The translations under genes and the position numbers were made by a program. A stretch of 64,000 nucleotides of DNA from Eledone cirrhosa (Eukaryota), in assembly GCA_964016885.1 (NCBI GenBank), contig OZ024743.1, positions 360,654,001 to 360,718,000 on the forward strand. Direction: 5' to 3'. This document shows positions 40,733-53,439 of this stretch, one piece after another. The notes beneath the pieces were generated by a model that made no database searches, was not told the origin of the DNA, and saw nothing but the letters and a program-made list of their open reading frames with translations. Position 1 is the stretch's first letter; the number at the start of each line of letters is the position of its first letter.

Positions 40733-43426
40733 ATGCTGACAAAGAGTTACTTGCCTTTATCTCTGAAAAATATTCCCACCCCCTCTAAGAATACTTACCA
40801 AAAACTACTGATAGCTAGTGTTAACTCCTTTGTAAAAAGGATTAGATGGCGTGCGTTTCACTACGATAGTAATAAGAATAGGAACGACCCCAGGATTAGA
40901 ACTAAGTTTAATAGCTACGGCTTCAAAACTTATAAGAGCCCACCACACAACATACTATTAGACAGTTTCGAAATTGACTTACTCTCTCTGGTTAAAAATG
41001 TTAGGTTTAAGCCAAATGATAGACATAGAAACAATAGTAATTTTGATAAATTCCAGTCCAGACTTAAAAATATTGTTAAGGGTTTCGGTGAGAATAAGTC
41101 CATTCTGGTCCCGGCAGATAAGACTAAGAATCTATACTCCATGGACTATAGTACATACCGCGATTTTATTTATAAAGAGTTATATAGAAACTATAAAAAA
41201 ACTACGCTTGAGAATTTGAACCACATCAATAGTGAGGGCCTTAGAATAGTCTCTGACCTCGGACTCGATAAGTATACCCAGCCATATTACCCTCGAGAAC
41301 CGAGATTCACACTTAAGGACCATAAGGTTGATTTTATTAGTAACCCCTCAGTTAGACTTATCTGTCCTTCTAAGTCGGATATAGCCATTATCAGTAAAAA
41401 AATCCTTGACCTTATTATACCAGATGTTAGGGATAAGGTTAATTTTAACTTATGGGTGAACACTAGGGAAGTTATAGATTGGTTCTCTGGGATTAATAGA
41501 CTTGAATCTAATAAGTTTATCCAATTCGATATTGATGCCTACTACACATCAATTTCACCCATCCTCCTCAATAAAGCCTTAATGTTGGCCATGAGAGTGT
41601 CCAGCCTTACACGATCGCAGGTAGATATTATACTAGCAGCCCGTAAAACTATTATTAAATTTGAGGACACTTTTTGGACCCGTAAAAACACGCCCAATAA
41701 TTTCGACGTTACAATGGGTTCGAGCGATTCGGCCCAGGTTACTGATCTTGTTGGGTTGTTCCTCCTTAATGAACTATACGCTACCTTCCCGCACCTTGTA
41801 GGCGGACTATATCGTGATGATGCATTGTTTATAATTAACTCTAGTACCAACAATGTAGAACGTAATAAGAAGAAGCTTTATAAGTTTTTTAATAACTACA
41901 ACCTTTCAATCACGATAGATAGAAATGATAGAGCGGTTAACTTTTTAGATGTGACTTTGGACTTGACCACTAATAGTTTTAAACCCTTCCATAAGCCTAA
42001 TGAAATTCTTTCTTATGTTAGCCCCAATTATAACCACCCTAAGTCTATGATAAACTCTATAATTCAGGGCGTTTCTAATAGGATTTCCACACTATCTAAG
42101 GACATAGGAACTTTTAATGAACATGCGGGGTACTACAATAACGCCCTAGCAAATTCAGGTCACTCTAGTAAAATAAATTATAATAATAGTAACTTTAGAA
42201 AGTCTCCGCTTACTCTTAATAATAATAACATTATATCACATAACATGGCTATGAATGTGAGTAGCAAACTTAGTAACCGTAGAACTTATATAGGAGTATC
42301 TGAACCCACCCATAAGTTATCCCACCGGACTCGTAATAACAAATATAATACCTCTAAGAGACAAGTCGAGCCCCCTGTGAGCTCACGCATTGGTGTTGGT
42401 TTGGCTGGATCTTGTTCTAGTAATGTTGCTCCTACTGATCCTATCATTGGCCTTAATCCTCTTGTAGGGATTCTGGACAACAGCGGATCTACTAGAGGTA
42501 GAAACTATAATAGGCATAATGAAATTATGGCTGATTCTATGAATGCGGCTTCAACTATTCCCGATAGTAACCCTAGTCTCGACGGTGGGACTTTTGATAG
42601 AGGTAGGGTCGATAAGAATAAAAATAAAAATAGAAGGCGATTGAATACTTATTTCAACCCGCCATATAACCAGGATGTATCAACTAATATCCCTAGGTCT
42701 TTCTTCACTATCCTGGAGAAAAATTTCCCCCCTTCTCACAAATACCATGGTATTTTTAATAAAAATGTTATTAAAATCTCATTCTCTACCACCCCTAATA
42801 TTAGTTCTCATTTAGCTAGCACTAATAATAGGAAAATTAGGGATGGATTCTCCTCTCTACATACTAATAGTCTGAATGCATCGGACAATGCTTTACCACC
42901 AGAACAGTCCTTATCTAATAGAGGTCCTACGTGCAATACATCACCACTCGAGCCAACCAATAACACCCGGAAGTGCAATTGTAGAGTGAGTGCTAACTGC
43001 CCTCTAAACAGTAACTGCCTTTCTAAGAACATTGTCTATGCTTGCGAGGTTATAACTAATTCCTCTAAAGGAACATATATAGGATCTACTTCAAACACTT
43101 TTAAGACTAGGTTTAACTCTCATATCTCTAACTTCAAACATGTTAGGTTTAAGAATTCTACCTCTGTAGCGCATTATATCTGGGATCTTAAGGGAGCTTA
43201 TATACCATATAGCCGTAACTGGAGTTTAGTAGCACGATCTAACCACCTTTCTGGACATAATAAGTTTTGTAATCTCTGTATACTTGAGACACACTCTATT
43301 ATTTTCTCTAGCGTACCCTTACTGAATAGAAAGTCTGAGATATTCTCTTCTTGCCCCCATGCAATTTCTAATTCTTACTTTTATTATAAACCCAAATGTT
43401 CTAGTAGTACAAATCGTACCCATTAG
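40733..43426 (+). CDS. PLE polyprotein: reverse transcriptase + C-terminal GIY-YIG endonuclease (897 aa)
   Basis: ADKT, FIQFDIDAYYTSI, FDVTMGS.DSAQVTDLVG, GLYRDDAL, VNFLDVTLDL, FNPPY, CNCR..CPL..CL, IVY..YIGST..FKTRF.SH, CNLCILE and LLNRKSEI..CPH motifs; no stops. Confidence 0.95.
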   Translation: MLTKSYLPLSLKNIPTPSKNTYQKLLIASVNSFVKRIRWRAFHYDSNKNRNDPRIRTKFNSYGFKTYKSPPHNILLDSFEIDLLSLVKNVRFKPNDRHRNNSNFDKFQSRLKNIVKGFGENKSILVPADKTKNLYSMDYSTYRDFIYKELYRNYKKTTLENLNHINSEGLRIVSDLGLDKYTQPYYPREPRFTLKDHKVDFISNPSVRLICPSKSDIAIISKKILDLIIPDVRDKVNFNLWVNTREVIDWFSGINRLESNKFIQFDIDAYYTSISPILLNKALMLAMRVSSLTRSQVDIILAARKTIIKFEDTFWTRKNTPNNFDVTMGSSDSAQVTDLVGLFLLNELYATFPHLVGGLYRDDALFIINSSTNNVERNKKKLYKFFNNYNLSITIDRNDRAVNFLDVTLDLTTNSFKPFHKPNEILSYVSPNYNHPKSMINSIIQGVSNRISTLSKDIGTFNEHAGYYNNALANSGHSSKINYNNSNFRKSPLTLNNNNIISHNMAMNVSSKLSNRRTYIGVSEPTHKLSHRTRNNKYNTSKRQVEPPVSSRIGVGLAGSCSSNVAPTDPIIGLNPLVGILDNSGSTRGRNYNRHNEIMADSMNAASTIPDSNPSLDGGTFDRGRVDKNKNKNRRRLNTYFNPPYNQDVSTNIPRSFFTILEKNFPPSHKYHGIFNKNVIKISFSTTPNISSHLASTNNRKIRDGFSSLHTNSLNASDNALPPEQSLSNRGPTCNTSPLEPTNNTRKCNCRVSANCPLNSNCLSKNIVYACEVITNSSKGTYIGSTSNTFKTRFNSHISNFKHVRFKNSTSVAHYIWDLKGAYIPYSRNWSLVARSNHLSGHNKFCNLCILETHSIIFSSVPLLNRKSEIFSSCPHAISNSYFYYKPKCSSSTNRTH

Positions 43427-45091
43427 CAGATATATTCCATTACTTAGTTTTTTGTTTGGGTTCTTTTGTTTGCCAGCACTAATGTTGTCATTGGCTTTTG
43501 ATGACTCTTCATTCTAGCTCTCATAATCATTTGGCCACTGTACCATATCTATGTCTTCACTATTACACCTTGTTAGTATACATAAGATTACACACGTTAT
43601 TATCTTTATATATTCTTTTATTATCATTAACTTTAATTTTTAATTTTAACATTATTTTTATTTTTATTTTTATTTTTAATTCTATTTTTATTTCTAAGTC
43701 TATTCTGATTTATCTATCGACCCCCCCCCCTTCTCCCCCCCCCATGCACGCATAAACTTATTGTCAACCCCTCTAGATTGAATATGATTATATTAACCCC
43801 CCCCTCTTTTATGCTCTGTTTTATTATTTATTATAGTATATCGAATATATTTTATGCCACTTCGCACCCTCCATATATTTTGTCAATTCTGTCCCCATTA
43901 GCCTACCTTAACTCTACTTAAGTCAGTTTTTTAGATATCGTTGCGTATATGATAGTGTAATTTTATTCCTTTTTGTAAACATTTGTAACGATACATTAAA
44001 GTTTATATACTTTAATGACTTAGACTATAGCTAATTTTATACTACATTATCGGATGGGTTTGATATTTTTAATATTAATTTATCAGATAGGGTTTGGAGT
44101 CATTTAAAATGATCGCTTTCCTTGGTGTTTACCAAATTTCTTAATGCACGCGAGGCCTAAGTGTTTATACATTTGCTTTGTTTTGTAATTTCCGGTTGAT
44201 TGTATTTATTTGTTTTATCCTATATTCTATTTACTATTCACTGTCTGGCTTCGTTCACTCATCCACACATGTCTGTCTACTAACCTTGAAATTATAAGTA
44301 TTTATTTATATATTTTATGCCAATTTTTAAAATATATTACATTATGATATAGATCCTTATTACTTACCGTTTATTATATATAACTTTATATATCATATAA
44401 GATGTCTGGATTTTTTGATTTTTTAATATTTTAATATTGTAATATGTAACATTATGGTATTTAGACTTTACATATCATGTTAGATGTCTGTATATTTTTT
44501 CTGTAACAACATATTTTTTCTGTAACATCATAATTGTTCCCTGTACCAATATAGTTTTTTTGAGTATTATTGTATTATATTATATGATTGATATTTCCTC
44601 ATTTATTATGTAACCCAGTATGAATCATGTTGTACATATTGTTTATGGTAATTGTTAATATAATGTTAACATTTTATCATTGTATTTCACTGTGACATCT
44701 ATATTGTTTCTGTAAATTAACTGGGGATTATATATTCTACTTTATTATATTGTATTGTATTATATAATTTTGTTGTTTATTATTTGTTATAAGTGTTTCT
44801 TGTAATTATATCATATTATTGCCTCATGTATATTGGGTAGATGTATTAGCATTATTTTCACTATTACCATGCTTATTTTTGATATTTTTGATGTTCAAAC
44901 TTCAAATAGGGCTTAATTTCTATGTAATAGAAAATAGATATGTGTATTGTAATATGTGTGTGTGTGTGTGTGTGCGCACATATATACATGTATATATTGT
45001 ACCTTTTGATTTTTAATTTGGAATTTTAATGTTGGTATAGATATATTATTATTATAATGTATTATACTGTGTTATATATAATTCCTGCTCT

Positions 45092-45390
45092 ATATAACCA
45101 AATTTGTTTAGATTTAAGTTGGTGACTTTGGACTATATTTGTAATATGGTTCTCAATGTTATCTACATCCTTAGTTATTATAATTTTATTATTTTTATCT
45201 TCATTTTTATTATCGTATATCTTTGTAAGACATTAGTGTATGTAAACTCCATATTCTTCAGAGTTTCTGGCTTGTATCTGCCCAAATTACCTCTTGTTGT
45301 TTTGATTGCCCTGATGAGTCCTTAATAGGACGAAACATTGTCGGCTAATAAAACCTTTTGATGTATTAAAGGATTCTTTGTTTTACTCTC

Positions 45391-45395
<5 letters not shown>
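45092..45395 (+). repeat. 3' pseudo-LTR
   Basis: Direct repeat of 40252-40555; ends at (TA)n. Confidence 0.92.
45305..45349 (+). ncRNA. Hammerhead ribozyme (3' pLTR, canonical core)
   Basis: attgcc-CTGATGA-GTCCTtaatAGGAC-GAAAC-ATT-GTC-ggctaat. Confidence 0.87.
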
Positions 45396-45427
<32 letters not shown>

Positions 45428-45510
45428 AAAGTTCTATTTAAAATTGTTGGGATACAACAAGTAAATATTTTTATAACTGATATAAAGCACTCGACAAGTA
45501 TTTGGAGTAG

Positions 45511-45620
45511 ATATACGATATTAATAAATGGAGACTATATTTATAAAACCACATTTATTTCATTATATGTATAATGAAATAAATATGGTTTTATAAATAT
45601 AGTTTCCATTTATTAATATC

Positions 45621-45626
<6 letters not shown>
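45511..45626. repeat. Near-perfect palindrome of about 115 bp
   Basis: atacgatattaataaatgg...ccatttattaatatcgtat. Confidence 0.85.
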
Positions 45627-45697
<71 letters not shown>

Positions 45698-45845
45698 TAT
45701 TTATATAGACACATATATACATATGTATATATATATACACACATACACATATATACATATATATATGTATATCTATATATATATATGTATATCTATATAT
45801 ATGTATATCTATATATGTATATCTATATATATATATGTATATCTA

Positions 45846-47255
45846 TATCTGTTAGAACAGGAAAAGTGTGAAACAACAGAATGTTCACTTTTCGTGTTCT
45901 AACATATATGCCTAACTTCTTCATAAATTTTCCGGGGATAGCCGTGGTGGTGGTGATCGTATGTCATTGGCTAATTTTCAACCAATCAGAGTAAGTGTTG
46001 ATATATATATATATACTATTCCCCCTCTCTCTATATATATCTTACGCTTTCGCTTTACACTCCTCCCCTTCAATAACACATTTCCCCCTCTCTATATATC
46101 TCTTATACTGTTACACTTATATTTCCATTTACTTATTACCCCCTCTCTCTATATCTCTTCCACTGTTACTTACGCCTGTTTCTCTCTATCTGTTCCGTCT
46201 CTATATATATCTCTCTTACTCTTTCGCTTTGCACTCCTCCCCTTCAATACCATCTCTCCCCCTCTCTATATATTTGTTACTCTATCGCTGCACGCTCCTC
46301 TCCTTCAATATATCAATTACACACGCTTTACACTCCTTTATCCCCAGCGCCCCTATATATACCCCCCCCCCCCCGCATCTATATTTTAATGTTCCGTTGC
46401 ACCGTGAATATATGTGTCTATATATATATATACATATATATTGTATATACACATTCATGTATGTGTATACACACTCATGTATGTATATAGACTGGTTTTA
46501 TGTGTGTATTGTAAATTTGTACTGTTAAAACACGAAACTAACATTCGATTGACACTTTGATTACCTGTACAGGCAATAGTTATTAGAATGCTGTTGAAGT
46601 GTGTATATATTTTTGGGGGACATCCTGTATATACACACATTATATATAATACAATAAACAGATAAATACACACATATATATATGAGCTTATTTAATTATA
46701 AATATTGTGAATTTTTAACTCAGTTCAATTATATATATAAATGGCTTCTACAGGACTAGAACTGTTTCATTCGAAAGAAATCATCATAATATTGAGAGGG
46801 GGGACTAGATAAAATATTTCAAATCAAATGTGTATAAGTTATAAGTTAAAATGTATAAATAGAGACGATAGTGGAGGTATATCTGTTTAGTGGAACAGTA
46901 GACGATAGAATTAAATACAGACGATAATCTCCCTTTAATGAAACAGCAGACGATAGAATTAAGGCAATTTAAATTTTAAGCATTTGCATTTTTGCCTTTC
47001 ATCGTTACGGGGTCGATAAAATAAAGTACCAGTAATACACTGTCACTATAAGTAGACGACTTTCAAATTGAATTGTTGGTTCCATTTCTTTAGTATTTTC
47101 AATTGTAGTTATCTACTTAAAAAGCGTTACACGGTTAGAGACATAATTGGTAAGTTATATCTTCCCTATTAAACCATTGCATTATTTCGCCTACAATAGA
47201 ACAAAAATGAAATGTTCTTTAAAGAAACAAGAATATAACTTTATAAAAAAAAAAT
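45846..47255 (+). repeat. Local duplication, copy 1 (composite repeats incl. SINE fragment)
   Basis: Nearly identical to 48083-49339, which lacks about 45991-46140. Confidence 0.9.
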
Positions 47256-47596
47256 AACGTAAAAATAAAGGCTTCGTTGGTTTAAGCTATTTTTATAAAG
47301 GATGCCACAGAATGTACGATATATAATGATTACAATATTTTTTAGCAACAACTCTAGTCCCACACTTTTGAAGGTTTATTATAACATTCTGTGGCACTTT
47401 TGAGCTTGCGCATTTTTCATGTCTAGTATATATATGTATATCTATATATATATGTATATCTATATATGTATATCTATATATATGTATATCTATATATGTA
47501 TATGTATATCTATATATATGTATATCTATATATATATATATATGTATATATGTGTATGTGTGTGTATATATATATATGCAGGTATGTATATATATA

Positions 47597-47659
<63 letters not shown>

Positions 47660-47745
47660 CTGTGTGTGTCTGATGGTAGCTAAGATGCTTCCGTAGGCGG
47701 TATGCCGTAGAGCACTCTATGCTCTTACAGAGCAGAGTATGATAG

Positions 47746-47930
47746 AATAGAAAACGAAAAATCAGTGATGCATCTGAACTCAATTTATTATGTGTTACAA
47801 TTGTCTCGCCGGCGGACAGCTCAAGACGCGATCATTGTGTGGATCTGTCTGACAGATCCACACAATGATCGCGAAACAATTGTAACACACAATAAATTGA
47901 GATCAAATGCATCACTGATTTTTCGTTTTC

Positions 47931-47934
<4 letters not shown>
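47746..47934. repeat. Nested palindrome
   Basis: Outer arms about 60 bp; inner perfect 23-bp arms at 47827-47873. Confidence 0.85.
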
Positions 47935-47973
<39 letters not shown>

Positions 47974-48051
47974 TAAGATGTATGGTAGGTCGTATATGAA
48001 TCGCGATGATCACGTCTGACTTACCAAATATGTGACGGTAGCTAGTTAAGC

Positions 48052-48082
<31 letters not shown>

Positions 48083-48087
<5 letters not shown>

Positions 48088-49339
48088 GTTAGAACACGAA
48101 AAGTGTGAAACAACAGAATGTTCACTTTTCGTGTTCTAACATATATGCCTAGCTTCTTTAAAAATGTTTCGGGGATAGCCGTGGTGGTGGTGATCGTATG
48201 TCATTGGCTAATTTTCAACCAATCAGAGTACCTCTCTCTATATCTCTTCCACTGTTACTTACGCCTGTTTCTCTCTATCTGTTCCGTCTCTATATATATC
48301 TCTTACTCTTTCGCTTTGCACGCCTCCCCTTCAATACCATCTCTCCCCCTCTCTATATATTTGTTACTCTATCGCTGCACGCTCCTCTCCTCTAATATAT
48401 CAATTACACACGCTTTACACTCCTTTATCCCCAGCGCCCCTATATATACACCCCCCCCCCCTCTCCCGCATCTATATTTTAATGTACCGTTGCACCGTGA
48501 ATATATGTGTCTATATATATATACATATATATTGTATATACACATTCATGTATGTGTATACACACTCATGTATGTATATACACTGGTTTTATGTGTGTAT
48601 TGTAAATTTGTACTGTTAAAACACGAAACTAACATTCGATTGACACTTTGATTACCTGTACAGGCAATAGTTATTAGAATGCTGTTGAAGTGTGTATATA
48701 TTTTTGGGGGACATCCTGTATATACACACATTATATATAATACAATAAACAGATAAATACACACATATATATATGAGCTTATTTAATTATAAATATTGTG
48801 AATTTTTAACTCAGTTCAATTATATATATAAATGGCTTCTACAGGACTAGAACTGTTTCATTCGAAAGAAATCATCATAATATTGAGAGGGGGGACTAGA
48901 TAAAATATTTCAAATCAAATGTGTATAAGTTATAAGTTAAAATGTATAAATAGAGACGATAGTGGAGGTATATCTGTTTAGTGGAACAGTAGACGATAGA
49001 ATTAAATACAGACGATAATCTCCCTTTAATGAAACAGCAGACGATAGAATTAAGGCAATTTAAATTTTAAGCATTTGCATTTTTGCCTTTCATCGTTACG
49101 GGGTCGATAAAATAAAGTACCAGTAATACACTGTCACTAGACGACTTTCAAATTGAATTGTTGGTTCCATTTCTTTAGTATTTTCAATTATAGTTATCTA
49201 CTTAAAAAGCGTTACACGGTTAGAGACATAATTCGTAAGTTATATCTTCCCTATTAAACCATTGCATTATTTCGCCTACAATAGAACAAAAATGAAATGT
49301 TCTTTAAAGAAACAGGAATATAACTTTATAAAAAAAAAA
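48083..49339 (+). repeat. Local duplication, copy 2
   Basis: See 45846-47255. Confidence 0.9.
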
Positions 49340-49514
49340 GTTGCATCCGCTTCTTTTATCATTGATAATTTTTTCGTTTTAATATTAATTGTTTTTTGTA
49401 GTTGTTTATATTAAAAATCTTACTGTAATATTTACTTAAACGAAGGCAAACATCTAAACTTATAGATTAATCTTGAGCGAAGGACTAGATAAATCTCTCT
49501 CTCTCTCTCTCTCC

Positions 49515-49560
<46 letters not shown>

Positions 49561-49949
49561 GAAGAATGATAAAATTTCAAGCAAAGAGTTTAATTAGGTA
49601 TATTTTGTAATATTATTAACTAATTATTATAATTAACGCGCATATTTTGCTATCCTCAAACACGTTTACACATGGCATGAAATATAACTAATCCGAGATG
49701 GCTAGGTTTCATCTTCTAACTGGATATACGAAATCCATTATGTCTTGACAACAACATGAGGTAACATTATGTTATTCACAGACACACTTTGTACACTGTT
49801 CCATATCAGAATGTATTTCCTTCGTCACATTCACAAACAGTATTGAAAATATGTTCTTCGGCAAATAAAAATGTTTTGTTCATAATATTTCAACTAGCGA
49901 TTGCTCTACTCCACGCACGACCACCATAAATTAATGACCAGCTCAACAC

Positions 49950-50122
49950 AAGTATTGGTAGAGCGTCAGACACCATGCTTTGCAGTATTGTTATGGTCCT
50001 TTGCATTCTAAGTTCAAATCCTGCCGAGGTTAACTTCGACTTTCATACTTACTAATTCGATAAAATAAAGTACCAGTAATGGACTGCCATAATGGATTTG
50101 TGCCGAAAAATAGAAACACTAT
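49950..50122 (+). mobile_element. Diverged SINE
   Basis: gttcaaatcctgccgaggttaac..tcgataaaataaagtaccagtaat. Confidence 0.75.
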
Positions 50123-50720
50123 TAATGTGCAATAAGAGCAAAATATAACGACATTGCTCAATTATTTTATCTAATGTTGTAATAACACAAGGAAATGTTG
50201 TTTGTGTATTTTTTTTATATTTGCTCATAGGCTTTTACAATTTCGCTCAGCCAACAACTATTAAAAAGTGAGTTGCTTAAGATAACAATTTAATCACAAA
50301 TTGTTGCTATCTTTTAATACACTCCAACAAGTCATCAAATTATGTACAATAAAAACAAATCTTATTAATTTGCTCAGGGAAGGGCGGTGCCCCAGCATGG
50401 CCTCAGCCGGATGGCTGAAACAGGTAAAAGAGAGGTAAAAGAGTATACACTGATAATTGCAATTGTATGTAAATATTTTGTTTTTGTATTGTATATTTTA
50501 TGTTTTCTATTATGTATAATATATTGATTTAATATTGATTGTTTTTTGTAGTTGTTTATATTAAAAGTCTGAAAATATTTTTATACATCTTACACTAATA
50601 TTTATAAGATAATTTATAATAACAATTACATAATCTAATTACATTACAACGATAATTTATTATTAATATATATCCTGTTTAACTAGAGTTATTACAAGCG
50701 TTGCCTTAAAAAAATATTAA

Positions 50721-51675
50721 ACTAGACATGAAAAATGCGCAAGCTCAAAAGTGCCACAGAATGTTATAATAAACCTTCAAAAGTGTGGGACTAGAGTTGT
50801 TGCTAAAAAATATTGTAATCATTATATATCGTACATTCTGTGGCATCCTTTATAAAAATAGCTTAAACCAACGAAGCCTTTATTTTTACGCTATTTCACT
50901 TAGTTAATTCTTAGAGTGTAACATATAAAAATAAATACATCTATGTTTAATGTAATAACAGCTATAAATAATTACGTAATATTATTATCATATACTCATA
51001 GTAACAAAATAATTGTGTTGAAACTTAATATGATGCTTATATGAACGATCAAATCTATAATGATAATTTCTTAAATATACTAATAGTAAAATAATTTAGT
51101 TATCTATTGTTACATTTTCATAGAACTATAATATTAACAATCGTATTGCATTATCAAATTTTTATCACTACAAACTTTCATATTGGAATTACCTTAAGCC
51201 ACTTATTATTACTTCGCTTTCGTACTTTTACAGCTGTAGATATTGCGCTGTATCTTATATCTAATATCAATATCTCGTGGTAATTTGCATGAAGTGTAAA
51301 ATAGGTTTATTAATAACTTTAATATGAAATGTATTATACAGGGCTGCGGAGTCGGCCAAAAATTGACTGGCTCCAACTCAGTATCCGATACTCCATTATT
51401 TCCTAAATTTCAGCTCCGCAGCTCTGTTATTATATTAATTAATTTATTTTATAGTTGTAAATCATATTTTTATATGTTACACTCTAAGAATTAACTAAGT
51501 GAAATAGCGTAAAAATAAAGGCTTCGTTGGTTTAAGCTATTTTTATAAAGGATGCCACAGAATGTACGATATATAATGATTACAATATTTTTTAGCAACA
51601 ACTCTAGTCCCACACATTTGAAGGTTTATTATAACATTCTGTGGCACTTTTGAGCTTGTGCATTTTTCATGTCTA

Positions 51676-51677
<2 letters not shown>
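50721..51677. mobile_element. Fold-back / MITE-like element with about 210-bp inverted arms ending in CTAG
   Basis: 50721-50933 inverted at 51465-51677; solo arm at 47258-47427. Confidence 0.75.
51339..51426. mobile_element. Small hAT-like MITE
   Basis: TIRs CAGGGCTGCGGAG / CTCCGCAGCTCTG; 8-bp TSD gtattata/ttattata. Confidence 0.7.
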
Positions 51678-51717
<40 letters not shown>

Positions 51718-52128
51718 ATACAATATGTTGAAAACGTAACACACTAGAGAGAGATACATTGCGCTATCAATAAAACAGGGAAAAACCACCAGTGTATGGA
51801 ATCTATAACATATGAAAGGCAGAGTAGACACACGATAATTAAAAATATAAATTAAAGCGTAAATAAATACCTCTATAACTATATAACACACGTACAAATC
51901 CAAAGAGATCTATTTTCCAGTAAGTTGTTGACAGAAATGAAATAACCCCGGTTCGTCAGCGTGTGTAAGGCTATACGTTTCAGACAACACTAAGAGAATG
52001 TTAAAGTGACTGTGACTGTGTCTACTCTGCCTTTCATAGGTTATATATTCCATACACTGGTGGTTTTTACCTGTTTTATTGATAGCGCACTGTATCTCTC
52101 TCGTGTGTTACATTTTCAACATATTGTA
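51718..52128. repeat. Inverted repeat with about 115-bp arms, pseudo-LTR-like
   Basis: 51718-51832 is the reverse complement of about 52017-52128. Confidence 0.8.
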
Positions 52129-52211
52129 TTTTAAAGAGCTCAGCATTCCCTCTCCTTTGAGCACATTATTTACAGGGAATGGCGAGAGTCTATGGCTCCG
52201 TTAATTTATCG

Positions 52212-52234
<23 letters not shown>

Positions 52235-52243
<9 letters not shown>

Positions 52244-52810
52244 TATATATATAGTGTATTTTGCAATACATTGTATGCTTAATTAAAAGCATTTCGAAGA
52301 CCTTACGCTATTGTTTTAGAGTAGTGATAGTCTCACTTACTTTAATTTTCAGCAAACAGGGGAGATACATCCGACAGAGCTCTGTTTCGCACTTGTTGGT
52401 GCTTATCAAAGCTAAGTACTCCGCCTGTTTGATGAAAATCATGAATGTTTGATTCTTATACAATTCTAGTAATAATCAGGAACGGATTATACAGAGCGAT
52501 TGCCGGTCAAGCAGAAATTGAAAATTAGAATTGGTGCTCTGAAATAGCGATATATATATGAATGTATATATAGTGTATTTACAATACACTGTATGCTTAA
52601 TGAAAAGCATTTCGAAGCCCTTACGCTATTGTTTTAGAGTAGTGACAGTCTCACTTACTTTAATTTTCAGCAAACAGGGGAGATAAAGCTGACAGAGCTC
52701 TGTTTCGCACTTTTTGGTGCTTATCAAAGCTAAGTACTCCGCATACAGTGTATTGCAAAATACACTATATATACATTCATAAATATATCGCTATTTCAGA
52801 GCACTAATTC

Positions 52811-52818
<8 letters not shown>
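52235..52818 (-). mobile_element. About 1.6 tandem units of a 319-bp non-coding HHR-bearing repeat plus inverted cap
   Basis: tagtgtatt at 52252 and 52571; 52741-52818 is the reverse complement of 52521-52596; in (TA)n. Confidence 0.82.
52687..52731 (-). ncRNA. Hammerhead ribozyme with U3-A8 covariant core (second copy at 52369-52413)
   Basis: agct-UUGAUAA-GCAC caaaaa GUGC-GAAAC-AGAGCUCU-GUC-agct. Confidence 0.75.
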
Positions 52819-52885
<67 letters not shown>

Positions 52886-53439
52886 GTGTAATATGTATAT
52901 ATATATATGTGTGTGTAATAAATTGTATATGTAATAAATTGTGTTAATTAGCTATAAGAATTGTGGAATATGAAAGTTAAAAGTTTGTTATAATTACCAA
53001 ATCAACAAGTCGGAGGTGATTAAGAAAAGTGAAGTGGAAAGAGAAAAGTGGGAAAAGAAAGCATAAAGGAAAACAATGATTGAATGGGTACCTTAACAAT
53101 TTATTAGTCACAAAATCCATAGATCTTCGCCTGGAGAAATTTGTCTCAGGTCCTGATGACGGGGAGGTATCTGCTGAGTCTGTACGGTTCCACACGCGAT
53201 CGCCACTCCTGTACACAACGACCACATTTGCAGATGCTCTTCTCCGGTGCTACTGTGTTTTTTTTTTCGAGCACGTTTTTCCCCGGAGGCAAGTTTCAGT
53301 TTCTCCTCCCTTCACTCCACCCGCCTGCGTAATACTTGTCACAATCGGGAGCGATCCGTAGCGACCTCCTCCCCTCTCTGCGTGTCCAGCTCTATTGACT
53401 TCATATACCTCCTGCAGATGATTTCGAAACAAAGTATCG

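Noticed and set aside
46755-46795. HHR-like AUGAUGA..GAAAC on the minus strand (also about 48855-48895)
   Set aside because: C3 lost and stem I not evident
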